Shown: in pieces, positions 1 through 14,154 of the stretch | Numbering within the stretch: the first letter of the stretch is position 1 | Layout of the letters: each line of letters begins with the position of its first letter | NCBI RefSeq assembly: GCF_964204645.1 | Contig: NC_134035.1 | Coordinates: 11,130,451-11,194,450 of the forward strand | DNA: 64,000 nucleotides | Direction: 5' to 3' | From: Tubulanus polymorphus | Taxonomy: Eukaryota; Animalia; Nemertea | Translations under genes and position numbers: made by a program | The notes under the pieces: model-generated | What the model saw: only the letters and a program-made list of their open reading frames with translations | Databases searched by the model: none | Told to the model about the DNA's origin: nothing

Positions 1-25
1 AATCATCGCTGTAATGTAAACTTAC

Positions 26-249
26 TTAAATCGCTTAACCAGACATCGACTGCTCTCATAATCTGAGATAACGTCAGCACAGCAAACGACCAGTTAGTCA
101 GGTAGATCAACCATGTTGCCCGAGATCGACCATCGGCTAGCCAGTCACCAGACATGAATATACTGAGGAAAAGACTCAAGGAGAAAAGTCCGGCCACACA
201 AACTCTCCAAGCAAGCCACAGGCATGTCTGTCTGCTTCTTCTTATCCAG
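26..249 (-). CDS. Internal exon of a protein rolling-stone-like multi-pass membrane protein (gene continues off the left edge)
   Basis: Exon between a tag acceptor (250) and gtaagt donor (25) encodes WIRRSRQTCLWLAWRVCVAGLFSLSLFLSIFMSGDWLADGRSRATWLIYLTNWSFAVLT; W-x-x-YLTNW is the rolling-stone family motif. A candidate first exon at ~958-1026 (MATPCKLRLLYHDGDKNDFVTAK) does not match in phase, so it is not joined. Confidence 0.65.
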
Positions 250-1799
250 CTACATGCAAACTATAAGTGAAAGAAGCACTGCACTGTCTTATTGCGCATA
301 TCATCATAAATTCATAAAGACTAGTCTTTAATTGACATGTATTATACCGTACAAGATAATGAAAAAATTAAAGTTTTATAGAGAGGTACTGCTTGTGACC
401 CAAATATCCGTTGAATTATAGGCCTGTGAAGAAAATATATAAATATTCAATATGCAGTGCAAGCCTTTTGATATCCACAATACGAGAGGAATGTGATTAA
501 GAAGGAAGCCATGTTCTTTTCATATATTTTCATATAAAAGGAAATTTCCGGTCCCAAATTTCGCTAAATTCATCTAAAATAAAACTCCCCATCGGTTAGC
601 ATAATCCACGTATCATAGACATAGATGTATTCTAACTAAACGAAACTGTGAACCTATTTCTTCTTTTCCAATACTGCGGTAACCTATGCAAATGGCGCCT
701 AGTAACTGGAAACTTCCCTATTGCGCAATATAATAGAAATCAAAGAAAAAAAAAACAAAAAACTAAATTAATGGACTATACATAAGAAATGAGTAACTGA
801 ATGTTTATGTATATGAACTAAAGAGGAGAGTATGGGGGCAGAAGGGCGCTTTCAATCAGAAATTTGAGTTTCAAACGATTCACTGTGTTCACAATGTAAA
901 ATGGCTGGAATATCGTTTGATATCGCGTGGAAATTCATTTGTATGGAAAAATTTTACCTTCGCTGTAACAAAATCGTTTTTATCTCCATCGTGATAGAGT
1001 AATCTAAGTTTACAGGGAGTTGCCATTATCTTTTTTTTCCTCCTTTTCTCCAAGTGCTTGTACAACAAAACAGATCGGAAATCCCCGGAGGATGTGACGT
1101 CATCGACGTCGGGTTCCGGGCATAAATTTATATTTATTTTATTTTCGTCGACCCAGCATATTTAAACATTTCACTTTCAGAATTAGAATTTCTATTCAAA
1201 ACAATACAAATAGGACCAAATTATGCCATAACGTGGCCAATCAACAACGACAGAATATTCAGGCCTTTGATTTCTCAAATGACCTGATCCTATCCTATAT
1301 GTTTGTTTGAATACCTCACTCTTCACCATCACATTCTTATATTTCCTCTTAAAATCAAATTCAAAATAGTGAAGTAAAAAAAAAGTATTCATTTGGCGGT
1401 ATATATAAACTCATGTAAATAAAATCATAATCGTCATGAAGACTTTGATAGTTTTTGGTATCATTTGTATTCTATTTCAGATTTTCTGATATGAAGAACG
1501 TCAATCCTTGCTACATGTAAATATCTCACCAACCAAGGATCAGCAGAAAATTCTACAACAGTTAACAACACACAGAAGCAGCAATTATTTCATAAGATAT
1601 CGAAAATGGGCAGTGGCGAGTTGCAAGAACTCCGATAGGTTTAGTTGAAAGTAGAAATAGAAAACCATGCCACTGGTTGAATTAGGAGAATATTTTTGAG
1701 AAAATTTAGACTAAGATCATTCATTGTAATTCTTTACTGGTAGAATAATATTTAGAAATAGTTACAGGTTAATTGTTCATTGTGTGATTTAAAGAAAAA

Positions 1800-4020
1800 G
1801 AATATGATTGTTAGGAAATATTGAAATTGGCAAAAATATCTCAAGAAGAGTTAGTAAACCAGATTCATATGGTTAGAAATATGAAAGCATTCCCACTGTA
1901 TTTTGGGGGCCTGGCATCCGAGTGGTATTGGAATGATTATTGCGGAGAAGCAGAATATGGGAATGAAGACGGTGAAGTTGTTTTAATCAGAAATGGACAA
2001 AAATGGGAGAATTTGGCAGATATGAAAAGTTTGATTCTAAACAGATTAAAAGAATTAAAAAAAAGTGCACGAAAGTTTAGATGATTAAATAACAGACATT
2101 CGTGCCATTTGTTCGTCCCCGGGAAACACTTCAAGTTCGAACGCGATTAATGCCATTTATTTCGGGTATATGCATGAAGATGTTCGTTATTGCTAAAGGT
2201 TCATCAGCCATTGATGCACGCCTTTATGAATCTGTCAATTCACTTCAAAACGAGGTTCCCATTGTGGGAATATCTTCACCTTCTGATTCTAAATTAAACA
2301 CTGTTTCGCAAGATGTTTCGAAAATAAAGGAAATAACAAAACTCTTAACCAAACAGATGGATAGTTTTCAGAGAGAATTATTGCGTCTCAAAATTCAAAC
2401 TGAAAGAATGCACAAAAATTTGCCTATTAGAGACCAAAGAAACCATCAAGGCCGAATCATTTGTCAGCGTTGTGGTAAAACTGGGCACCATGAGTGCACG
2501 TGCTATCAGAATCCTAACAATAATTACCAGAATTACGTCAAAATGTCATGTCAAATTCGAACTCCGAAAAACCAAAACAGGCCTGGGTTCAAGGGGTAAA
2601 TACCACCCAACAATCAGCTTAGTAAAAGTTGATGAATACACGAACTCAGCTGAAAATATAATTACAAAAACTGAAATATCTAATGACGTTTGAAAAAAAC
2701 GGTTTCCTTTGCAAGCGAAGTGCATCCATTATTTCGAGCAAAACAACATTCAATTCAAAGGAGTCGAACAATCGTGTATCCATCAATGCAACTGATTTAC
2801 CCCATGTCCATTTATGAATTCGTTAGCGATGACAATAAACGCTAAAATTAATGGCCAATCAGCTGAATACCTTATTGATACGTTTGAAGCAACTTCAGTA
2901 CAGGGAAGTTAATTTCAAATTGTTAAGATTGACCTCGATTAAGTTGAATGGATATATATGATGATACAACATATACATTTTACATAGTTGATAATCTTAT
3001 TCATGATGTTATTTTGGGAAGCGATTATCTAGAAAAATATAAAGCATTTATTGATTTTGAGAATAGATTATTGAATTTAACAAAGAAAGGAGTGACAAGC
3101 ACCATATGTTGGTCAAGTTGAATTAGACGGGAGTGGTAAAATTGCAGCAAGGCAAAGTGAGAAAATACCAGCAAATTCTGAAATTCTAATTATGGATAGT
3201 GTTCCATCACATATATCAAATGGCACTCAAGGGATAGTACATTCTGGTATAATTTACCAGCAAAATATATAATACTATGTGGTCAAACATTAGGAACAGT
3301 TAATGAACATCATATACCGTTTCGATTGTTGAAACGCGACCAGTCGTGATAATCTTAAGGTATTGAAAAGTAATGATGATGGGAGTTATGAAACTGAAGA
3401 AAATAGTAATACTGGTTTTCTAAATGCGAATCCGCAACTACTGAACTTTAATACAACTGAGCTCCTTGAGGAGAAAGTAATTTCAAGAAAGCAAAAGGAA
3501 GATAAGGAATTAAGTAAAATGATGAACTATTGAACTGATGGTATTTTACCTGATAATGAAATCGAAGCAAGACGATTGATAGTTGAAAGTGAAGATTATT
3601 TCATTAAAGATGATATATAAAGACACTTCAAAGAAGACAAGGGAACTGCTTACGAACGGACAGTAATCCCTAAATCTTTAAGATCAGAAGTCTTATATTC
3701 AATGCATAATGATTTGTCAGCAGGACATTTCGGTCAGGCAAAAACATATTTGAAAATGACACAACGATATTACTGGAAGGGTATGCATGCAGATACCACC
3801 CATTGGACTAAAAGTTGTGAAGACTGTTGTAACTTGCAAACCATTACCGCATCTGATTAAAGCACCATTAAATCCGATAAATGTAGAAGGTCCATTTGAA
3901 AGAATAGCTTAGATTTCTTTAGGTCCACTGAGGAAAACATCATCTGGGAAGAGTTATATCCTGGTATGTACTGATTATTTGACGAAATACCCGGAAGCTT
4001 TTGCGTTAGAGAACAGGGTC
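1800..4020 (+). mobile_element. Degenerate Ty3/gypsy LTR-retrotransposon internal region (gag, protease remnant, integrase; RT/RNaseH absent)
   Basis: Gag CCHC knuckle CQRCGKTGHHECTC in ORF 2102-2599. Protease remnants INGQSAEYLIDT and DVILGSDYLEKYKAFIDF at ~2845-3060. Integrase Zn region MHNDLSAGHFGQAKTYLKMTQRYYWKGM..SCEDC at ~3700-3830 and core PFERIA*DFLGPL..SGKSYILVCTDYLTKYPEAFAL at ~3890-4010. Many stops and frameshifts. Confidence 0.85.
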
Positions 4021-5615
4021 AGAACTTTCAGTCTAATTTGATAAAGGAAAAGTGTTATACTTTATCTACGTATGCTGGGGAATGCGTTGAGAATGGTAGG
4101 TCCTCAACAGTCCCAAAGTACCTCTAACAGTGCCCCCATGCTTTCAAATTTGCCGCAAATGTTTAACGAGGTTGGTTCCATAGATAAATTCTAGCGTGAG
4201 TAATTTCATTACGCCTTGTGTTCAACCCGTAGTAGTCAATATAGTAGAATAGAATAGAATAGATGAAAGTATGTTAGTCTCTAGTGTTAAATATATTATT
4301 CTTACAGACATAGAGGGACTTAAATCCCAGGATATATAGATGGTTTAAAAGTTGTGTCTTGCAATTTTCTTTTTCGTGGCTATTAGTTTTCTTTTAATAA
4401 TGTATGTGAAAAAAATAATAATCTAAGTATAAGTATAATGTAATTTCCACCATTCCGAGTTCTTGGGATTGCAACACCTCACGAATAATCTACTCGTAGC
4501 ACGTCGTTTCGCTGGAAGATGGGAGGTGGTTGGAGAGCTTGATCGCGAGTGTTTCTTTGAATTTCTCTGGCATTGTGGTTCCAGCCGCCTAGATCATCTC
4601 TGATTTGTGGGCATGACTGCATCTTTCATTGGTTTGAGCAGCCTGGACCTTCTTATTTGTAGGCAGAGAAGACTGGATCTTTCCCAGCATTGTGATTCAC
4701 GCAAGGAATGTATCTTCAGCATCCTACGACTGGATCTTCTGATTTGTGATTCGAGTAATCTTGTTCCTCAATTGTAACAACTGATGAACAAGATCCGGTT
4801 TATTTTATTCAACAGCGACGAAGAACAACGATGATAAAATATACCGTAAAATATCAATAGCATGTTTTTATTCATCTAAAAATTCATTCACGATGAAAGA
4901 TGGACAGAGATCATTCTGACAAAGTATACCGGTATACAATCGTAACTGAGGAATATTCTTTTTGAGACCAGTGAATCTGACAGTTCTAATCAATTTACAT
5001 CTTAGATGATCTATCATAAACTAAGAATTACAAAATGAAACTTTTTTTCGCGTTAAAATAAATAGACAAGCAGTTCTAGAAATAAATATATCATAACACC
5101 CACCAATATTCCTAACACCGCTACATATACTCTACCCGAATGCACTTTGCCGGAACAACCCAAAAAGAAGCAACCACAAGACAATCTTTTCAATCATAAT
5201 GAATACATTTGACACCTGACCGAATGAGATACTCATCAGAATATTTTCTAGACTAATATACATGTACGAAGTAAACTCAGCCTTACCAGCAATAGGGGAG
5301 GCGTTGGGACCGTAAATATTCAACCGAGTTGCCAATCAGGGAAAAAGATTTTCCGAATTAACTTAAGTAGAATTCACCCACTTAAGAGCGGTTTTACTGT
5401 ACAAGGGTAGCCAAGGCTGAGGTCTACTGCATATACATCCAACTTTTCAGGGTCCAAAAACATCCGACTTGATGAGCGACTTTTATATTGCAAATATTAT
5501 GAACGATCGATGGCTTATTGCAATATTGACTTTTAATGTGGTGAACAAACAAATATGTACTTGTACTTCTAGTCGTTTTAAATTGGTCTAAAATGCGTAT
5601 ATTATGTAGATGGTA

Positions 5616-8600
5616 TCAGCTGGGTGCCACTAGGCTAACACTAGGCGTTTCAGTTGGAGAAGCATCCGACAAGTTTTGGATGGGTATTTTAGACATGACC
5701 ATCGTAGGCGGCACGGTTACAGTTGAACCATCCGATTGGGTATTTTTTCCCGTGTTTTTAAAATATTGGCAACACACCACATTGACTAGCGCTCCCACCA
5801 GGTTGTTTATCAAACCTGAAATAAACATTAACAATGAGTATTAACATAGTCTTTATAGACTTAAATCATACATTTACCATCACAAACAGATTTAAATGAG
5901 GCAAATCAAAATACGCAAAAAGATTCTATGAAAGATATAGGCTTTCTTCTGGTACAGTTACAAAAATTCTGTAAAGGAAAAAGGCTTTGTTCTGGATAAG
6001 TTTCAAAGATTCTATGAGGGCAAAAGTCTCTAACTTTACCAGAAGTCTCTACCTTTATCCCTCATAGAATCTTAAAGTTAAAATATTTTCTTCATAAATT
6101 TGAGAAATACTCCAGATAAATCAATGCTACATTGGACCCTTGTGACAACAAACTTCAGGGCACCAGTGAATATACTCGTTACAACTGATAGTTCTATATT
6201 TAAGTGAAATCTCATTACAGCGGTCAGATCAATGAACTCTGTTGGAATTTTCACATGTTTTCACATCCTAACGAATTTTCTTTTTCACAAAGCAATACCA
6301 GGATTTTCTCATACATTTTCTTCTCATAATTTTTCCAGATTTATCACATTTATCCATGCCAAGGTTCAATACTGGTAACACATCTCAATCAGGGGCAATA
6401 GTTGCTTAAAAATTTGTTAAGAGTTTACCGGAGGTAAAACAACATGGCTACAACGAAATTTCAATTATCACTATGGCATCTATCCACCATTTTATTTACA
6501 TCGAACAAACTTTTGAGCAACTGACCCCAAAATGAAGATATTGATTTATTACCCGAGGTGGTGAATATTCCGCCGACAATACCGCACAACCTGATGAGGA
6601 ATTGCGAATACGGCAGATGCTCTTCTTTGACGTGAACTTTGAACGACGAAACGTCGTATTTGACGAATATCCCCGGAATGCCGTGGCTGCCTTTACTGTG
6701 ATCGATGCTACGATTCTATCAATTACACAAACAGAAACCAAATACATCATCAAACACGAAGAATACGTCATAATCGAACAGTGATAATGAACATCACAGC
6801 AAATTATTATATGTACCGGTAGAGAATAATAATGATGAAAAAAAAATCTTAAGTCTGAAAATTGTTCCTTGAGCTAGAAGTTTATTCGACGTTTTGACTT
6901 TATTCTAATAGTCACCTTCATATTCCTGAAGATATTAGAATGAAGTCGAAACATCGAATAAACTACTAGCTCAACTACTAGCTTTTCAAATGTGTGTGAT
7001 TCCATGTTTTCGTGTTCCCCTGTTTATTGGGATTAACGGAAACAAAAATCACCAGTTCGTAGCCAGTCGACTGTAGTTACTAGACTTATCAGTTTTAAAT
7101 TTTGCTTGCTTACCCGTTCAGAGACTGCGTATTGATAAGTATCGGCTTTAGACCAATGCGTTTTCACAGATGTCGGCACAACTTCGATGAAATATTGGAA
7201 CATATGAAAACCTAGTAGAATCAATCGAAAATGAACGTTATTGACACTCCAAAAAAAAACTGGAGCAGAGTTTACCGATCATGAAGACTTACCGTCGGTA
7301 ACCACTTTCTGGTCACCGTCCAAAGGGTTCACTCGTCCGGTCGCGTATTCACCAAATGAGAAATGGTCGATTCGATGAGTGAAGTTATAATCTATAGAGA
7401 AAAAAAATAGATTGAAATAGATATCACAGTACACTCCGTTTGCCTCAGATCTCATGAAACCGATGAATTTCCTCAGAGATTCGCAAATTCTGGGGCAGTC
7501 GGAGCAGAATAGGTCGTTATCGCAATGAATTGGAGTGAGAAAATTTCAAATAGATTGTCCGGGCAAGCGATAATCCGGGCAATCGACTCCAGGGTGAACA
7601 GAGTCTATAGTAGAGCAATTTAGGATATTAATTCATAAGTTACATTGAGAAATTTCATATTTTTCGATAGAATGTTGACCAGAACCAGAATATAATTTTA
7701 CGAGGTAGTTAATCATTGTACATTAAGGAAATAAAGATTTTAAATTTTGATTAAGTTTTCGAAGACTATGGAGTTCTGGCACAAATCATGAGAAAACCCG
7801 TAGACCCCATTACCGATGTAGCTTAAGCCGGGCTTTCAACTTAATGTTCTAAATTTGACTGTAAGAATAGTGGTTGAATCAAAACTTTGGTTTTAAACTG
7901 TAAAGATCATCCATACAGTACGTACATACACGACTATGACATTTTCTCGGGAGACGCTGATCAAAATTGTGCGTAAAAACAATATGAATGATCTCAAGTA
8001 AGATGAGAATGGTAAGAAATCGAAGCCATAGCTTCGCTAAAGCCAGTGTCTAAAGGAGCAATGATAGACAATGACAAAAACAGGTATACTTCTACATGCA
8101 GAAGACTCCTCTGATTCAGCAAAATATCAACGGTCCTTATAAAGAGTCTTGTGCTTGCGTAAGTAAATCAAACCATTCAGAACCGAGGCAGTTCTATGCA
8201 GAAAACATGCAAAATCATTGAAGAATTTTATATAGAATTCACTACAGAGTAAATACACTACTGTGGAAACTCATCGTAACAAACTTACATCGAACAAAAT
8301 TCACGATTAATATAAGACTGGATATAATGAACTATCGGTATTCAGGGAGGCCACTTTTATTTGATTTGCTTATCCCTGACGTTTCCCTGACATGTAAGTT
8401 GCTTTCCCTGATTTCCAGGCACGGTAAGTGGCCAGCTCACTATTGATTACAACAAAAAGATTTTCTGAGAGTTTGTTGTGATGAGGTTCCGCTGTATATT
8501 CATACATACATACGCAGTGGGATTCAGAGATGAATACTTGCCTTCCTGGTCAACCATGTGATGGGTGTGAACATGCCCAACATTTTCTAAGTTAAGGGGT

Positions 8601-11600
8601 CTGGGAAATAATACAAGGGTGTTAAACAGATGACGGATGACAAGAAATATATAAGTTGGTTAGTGTCGATTTACGAACAACATTTTTGCGCACACAAAGA
8701 AAAGCTCTGAAAATTAGGCAGCAGTGTGGAATAATGTGAAATGTGTGAGAGGTATGTCTTGTATTTACAATGGATTGATCAGGATCTTGTTCCTTTTTTG
8801 AAATAGTCTGGTGTTTTGAAAATCAGGAGTTGACCCAGTCACACTTCTAAGCAGGGCCGAATCCAGACAGGAGCACGTGTTCCAGTCGCAATTTTCCTGT
8901 TCCCTTTCAAAACAAAATTCGACCTGCAACTAAAGCAGCAATCCGCTGCCAAATTGACTTAGATGATATTTTCTTTAATGTCTCGCAAGTGCCTGAAAAA
9001 TGCACAATTTCACAATTTTCCAGACCCGTTTTGGCTTCATATTGCTCTGCATGGATACTTGCCATCATCATTTCTTTGTGCTCCTGTCAAAGTCTGCCCC
9101 TAGATCGACCCCTGCTAAGATTGGTCCGATGACTGTGTAACTGGGTGCAGGGGCTGTGAGATGGCAAGAAAAGTTCAGTGGGATCTGTCATGCATGGTCT
9201 GTTAGTAAGATAATGTACATGTAAGTAAGTGTATTTCAGCGATAAACCCCTCCCCTGACATCATAACTATATCCGATCCAGCAACAGTCAACCTTGCTTA
9301 TGTCTTCATCAGATAAATCATCTCTATTTTTGTCCCAACATTAAGACATTGTTCTTACGGAATCAACAAGAAATTATCTACGCAGGCTAAAAAATGCGTT
9401 AATGATCGCGTGAAAATGCTCTTAGCGAAATAAAAGATATTAATAATGAAATTAATTTTTGAAGATAATACGAACTGTTAGTAATTTAACGACAAGTGAA
9501 ATTCACATCGAGGAAGGATCCTTATAGAGTAGACTCCGCTTGCCTCGGATCTCGTGAGATCGATTACTTCTCGCCAAAAGTTAGGTAAATCTAGAGTGGT
9601 CAGAGCCAACGATCGGTCGTCATCGCATGGATTGGAGCATCGTCCTCTCAGCAGTGATTCTTACCTGATGGCATCGCTAGACTCAGTTACGGTATGAAAC
9701 CCTGCCACACTAGAACAGCTACATGCGCAGCTCAGCTGATGATGTCATATCTGATGATGATTTCCAATAATAGTTAATGCATGAAATTTGCCTCAGCGAT
9801 TATAGAACGGGCAATTTGATTGGTGCCGCTAGTTTTCAATGCTGCAAATCTGTGCGCACAGGCAAGTGTGGTAGGGGTTCATGCTATGGCTGAGTCTAGC
9901 CATGCCATCAGTTTTGAATCCCTGCCAAGGAGGTAGGCAAGCAGAGACTATTGCACGAGCACTAAAAATAAGTTGCTTCTACGCGATTGAAATTATCAGG
10001 ATCCGTGCCTCGTGAAATGAAATGTCAATGAAATCTTACCCTCATGATTTAACATCATGGACAAATGAGCGTGTCCACTGGGATAAACAGGAACTGACCT
10101 AATGGACAATAATGAACAACGATACAATGTGTAATTATTATTCAATGTGTCTGTTTGTTCGGGGTTCTTACGGATCAGGGAATCCAAAATTCTCCTCCCT
10201 AACAAAAGATTTCATGATTAAATCATTAGATATCCTCAGTTGAGGCTGTTTCGTCTCAAGAAGTTCCTTGTGCCACTCCTCACCAGCAAGAACAACGAGA
10301 CGCAGAAAATTCAAATTCAGAATTCGGACTTTTCCCTGATTTTCAAGGGAAGAGTTTGAATTCCCTTGTTTTCTTGCGGGAAAAAATGAATCCAGAATCC
10401 CCCGATCTGAAAGAACCCTGTATGTTTCTCCACCAACAGTTTAATCAGCCATGTGTGTCGCCATATTGATTTGACTGCAGCCACAGAGCTGGTCCGCTCC
10501 AGTCAACTCGGTCTACCAGATGAACACAGCAATATTTCATTACTGGTTTCTTTGTCACAGTTGATTTTAATGTTCTAACGGTTTATTTTTGTTGTATTGC
10601 AGATACGACACCCAAAAAATATGCATTTGAATTGGTAAAACCAGTATTTGACCCAGGGGCAACTTGATTTGTCGGATCGACACTTTCAGCGACAGCGAGA
10701 AAAAGACTATCGAAATCAGAATTCGGCGTGATGATATCTAATCTCACTTAAACGACAAAAATGTCGATTGAAAATCAAAATTTCGATACACACAGATAAA
10801 AAAAGTGTTCAGTATCATTAAAATCAAACAACTTTTATCCATCCCCTGCTAACCACTCCCTATAGCAGCAATCGTGATATAGAAACTTTTAGATATCCGT
10901 TACCATTGATATGATTCATTCGAGACACATGAAAGTGGAGCTTTGAGTTTGGAACTTTGATATGCCTGTAGCAAAACATTATATAATTAGTAGCTTGTGA
11001 TAGGATATCATAGATTTTAAGACGTTCAATTTTTTCATTGAATCAAATATTTGGATTGAAGGAATAATTAGGTGTCTAGTGATATCCAAACTGACGCTTA
11101 TTTCAATTACTTGAAGTATGGGTTGGCTCCCGGAATTCTGCAAAAATCACCTAATAATTTTTTTCCGTCCTCCTTAATGTTTCCAAAACAATTTTTCAAA
11201 CAAATTTTTTTGTTATGTCCGTCTAGATTTTCAACCTAGTAACTTTCAAAAGTTATGTTCATCTTAATTTTCAATCTCGTGATTTGGAAAAGAGCGATTT
11301 TTTTCATTTCTCCCATCATTTGAATCAAATTCATCACAATTTTCACTCCGTTTTTATTTTTTCTGCAGTCCTTCCGAGGTTTTATGCAGAAAATACTCAA
11401 ATAATAAAAAATTCTATTTTTTTCCCATTCCCTTTCATTTCCAAATACTTATTATAAAAAACGTTTTTCTTATCTCAATCTCTTTCCCTTTGCACTCCAA
11501 TTTTTTTCTTGAAAAAAAAAAAAACTGTACTTCAAGTAATCAAAAAAGCCTGAACATACTAAGGCAGAGTAGAGGAGATACTTACTTGCCAGCTGTGATG

Positions 11601-13681
11601 TGAAAATTGCCGGCGACCTTGTTTACGAATAGAGTGCCATATATTTGACAGGCATCAGGTTCACCGTCTCCAGGAGTTTCTCTGAAATGAGTTGTAACAG
11701 CCACTAAAATACACACACCATCAATAACCGAGGAACGAAAAGCTGCTCAAGTTGGCTTAAAAAGGAGCACAGTGATTTTTCACATTTTCACATCATTTTC
11801 CCAGATTTTTCACCAGTTACATAATCTGGACGGATCAAACTAAAATTTCTTAATTGTTAGATTAACCATAGAACTAAAATGGTCTCAGACTGAATCTAAG
11901 CCGTGACTATACAACCAGCCCATGGGTCCAGTTTCACGAAAAGGTTTAAGCCAAAAACGGTTAAGTTTGAATTGTCCTCATCGAAAACATGAAATAACCT
12001 ATGGCAATTGCACCAAAAATTTGAGTTTAACTTTTTCGAGAAACTGGGCAATTTTAACTCAAATTTTTGGTGTAATCGCTATTGAGTATGTGAAAATTCC
12101 AGGATTCTTCACATATTCAATAATTTACCTCATATCTTCAATGAGGACAACAAATCAAACCATTCAACTGTTTTAGGCTTACACTTTAATGTGAAACTGG
12201 ACCCTGATGCTAAACTTTCATATCTTTCAAACTTACAAATTTACGACATAGACCTACCTTTTAGGCATTCCGCCCATACTTTGATATCCCGACTGCCACA
12301 TCAAATCATGTATAGCGTGGTACTGCGAGCGTATGTACGTGTTCGTGCGATGTACCATATTCTGATATTGCTGTTGAGCCGGAGACAAATCGAAATAAAC
12401 CGGATCTTCGAACAGTTTTCCGTGCGAATCGGCGTTCTGACCGGTGAGATCGACGACGTCGGCGCCGATTTCTGAAAAAAAAAAAAACATTTCACGCATA
12501 GTCGGCGTCGTCGTGCACGGAGATGATCGAGAACATTGAGATTCGGTAAACTGATAACTACATACGGTCGCATTTCATCGCGATCGTCATATCAATATTT
12601 ATCGGCAACAACCTGAAACCAAAAATTATTGGAATTTATTCGATTCGATAAGAAAATCAATTTTAGACGTTTACAGCGGTCAGACAGGCATTTTCACATT
12701 TTTAAACGTCACTGCCATTAGATTTTTCAACAAAATTCCAGAATTCTTCACATAATTTTCCCACATTATTCACCTCTTTTTCACGTCCATATATAATGAC
12801 ATAACCAGTTAACCAGTTACATAATCTGGACGGATAAAACTAAAATTTCTTTTATTTGAACGCAGTTGGTGGATAAAATTGTGAGCTCAACAGTATAAAA
12901 CACATAAAGGGGCATCTAAATTAACTGACACTATTTCATAATTTATTCACAAATTTGCATAATTTTTAAAAATAATTTCATAGGTCTAATGAATTTTGAT
13001 AAATTTTTCCCTGACTTGAACGGTTTACCAAGTTAATCGGTATGTGCCGAGGAGTCTATCAAATAAGCCCTATATCAATACATAACTTTAGATAGAGATT
13101 TAGGAATATAAGGCAGATTTTACTTACTGAGAAGGATCCCTGTCGACCTCGTAGTCATATTTCAGCTTTGTGCTGGTATAATATCTGAATTCAGAGATGA
13201 CCAGTATGATGATAATGATGAACGTCAATATCGAGACTGCAAGAGAAAATTTTACACGTTTCAAAACTACAGGCCTGTTACTCACTACAGCGGTCCGGTT
13301 ACCGATCGAACACCCAGTCCGGTTCAGTCACTGACTAAGTGAGTGCAGTCAGTGATTGATTATAGTCAGATCACTGACCAGGCAGCTGTACTGACTTACA
13401 TCCGGGTTCGAGTCCTACTGGTTGCTTACTGAGTGCAGCGACGCTTCAAAGGCCTTCCCTTCATAAATGTCGAACGAGCCAACAGGGTTCGTCTCGGAAA
13501 ACCAAGATCCGAATAATGTTAAGTTAAACAAAATCATTCAGTTTAAAAAGAATGTATATTACTCACTTCCACCCCCTGATGCAGATGTTTCAGTGTAGCT
13601 CTCAGGAACTTTCGGAAAAGCATCCAATTCTTTAACAACTTTTAGCACTGGTTTATTTTTCACTGCATTCAGTCGTCTCAT
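5616..13681 (-). CDS. ERGIC2: Endoplasmic reticulum-Golgi intermediate compartment protein 2 (Erv41 orthologue), 10 coding exons, 399 aa
   Basis: Exons 13681-13567, 13236-13128, 12612-12566, 12471-12258, 11681-11586, 10098-10040, 7391-7293, 7211-7114, 6715-6553, 5815-5616, all GT-AG with consistent phases. Motifs: MRRLN..VKELDAFPKVPESYTETSASGG, INIDMTIAMKC, IGADVVD, DACQIYGTLFVNKVAGNFHITAGK, YNFTHRIDHFSFG..NPLDG, MFQYFIEVVPT, HGIPGIFVKYD, FLIRLCGIVGGIFTTSG. Confidence 0.95.
6851..6982. mobile_element. Inverted (head-to-head) Penelope-like element end carrying decayed minimal hammerhead-ribozyme motifs
   Basis: Palindrome gagctag..tttattcgacgttttgact..gtcaccttca / tattcCTGAAGA..gtcGAAACatcgaataaactactagctc; same family at 53480-53714 and 61725-61915. 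Confidence 0.6.
8852..9114. mobile_element. MITE with CAGGGGCGGATC-type TIRs and 5-bp TSD (related copies ~30524-30790, ~54806-55027)
   Basis: ctaag|cagggccgaatcc...gatcgacccctg|ctaag; other copies show aattt/aattt and atcag/atctg flanks. Confidence 0.6.
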
Positions 13682-14154
13682 CTTTCAATCATGAACCTGG
13701 AAAAATATAACAACACATTTGTGTAGGCCCATTATGCGGCACCAATTCAATATTCAATTCAATATATCTTTATTGTCCCTTGAGTAATATAAAATACAAG
13801 TCAGGTTTTTTTTTACAATGAAGATGAGAAAAGGGTAAAATACAAAATTTAGAGGAAATCATAATAAAAACGCAGTTGAAAAATATGAATAAACATAACA
13901 ATAACAGTGATTAATTATTTACATATGTTTTTCGAAGCCCAATGCGATGAATTTTCCGAGAGCTTTGGTTAGTTTAGAGGAGGAACACATAATAATTTTG
14001 AATTTTTCCAAATTGATCTCATTTTCATGAAGAGGATATGAAACCTAGGGTTATCACAGACACGTCGCAGGCAGGGTCACCCATCCAACCATTGAATATT
14101 GGTATTTTTACTCTATCATGTATACCCTTAACAATCCCTATGGATATAAGTTAC

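Noticed and set aside
4400-4780. 3' LTR of the gypsy element
   Set aside because: No matching 5' copy, PPT or TSD could be identified.
5132-5335. 67-aa minus-strand ORF
   Set aside because: Lies downstream of the ERGIC2 stop (likely 3' UTR), non-ATG start, no recognisable motif.
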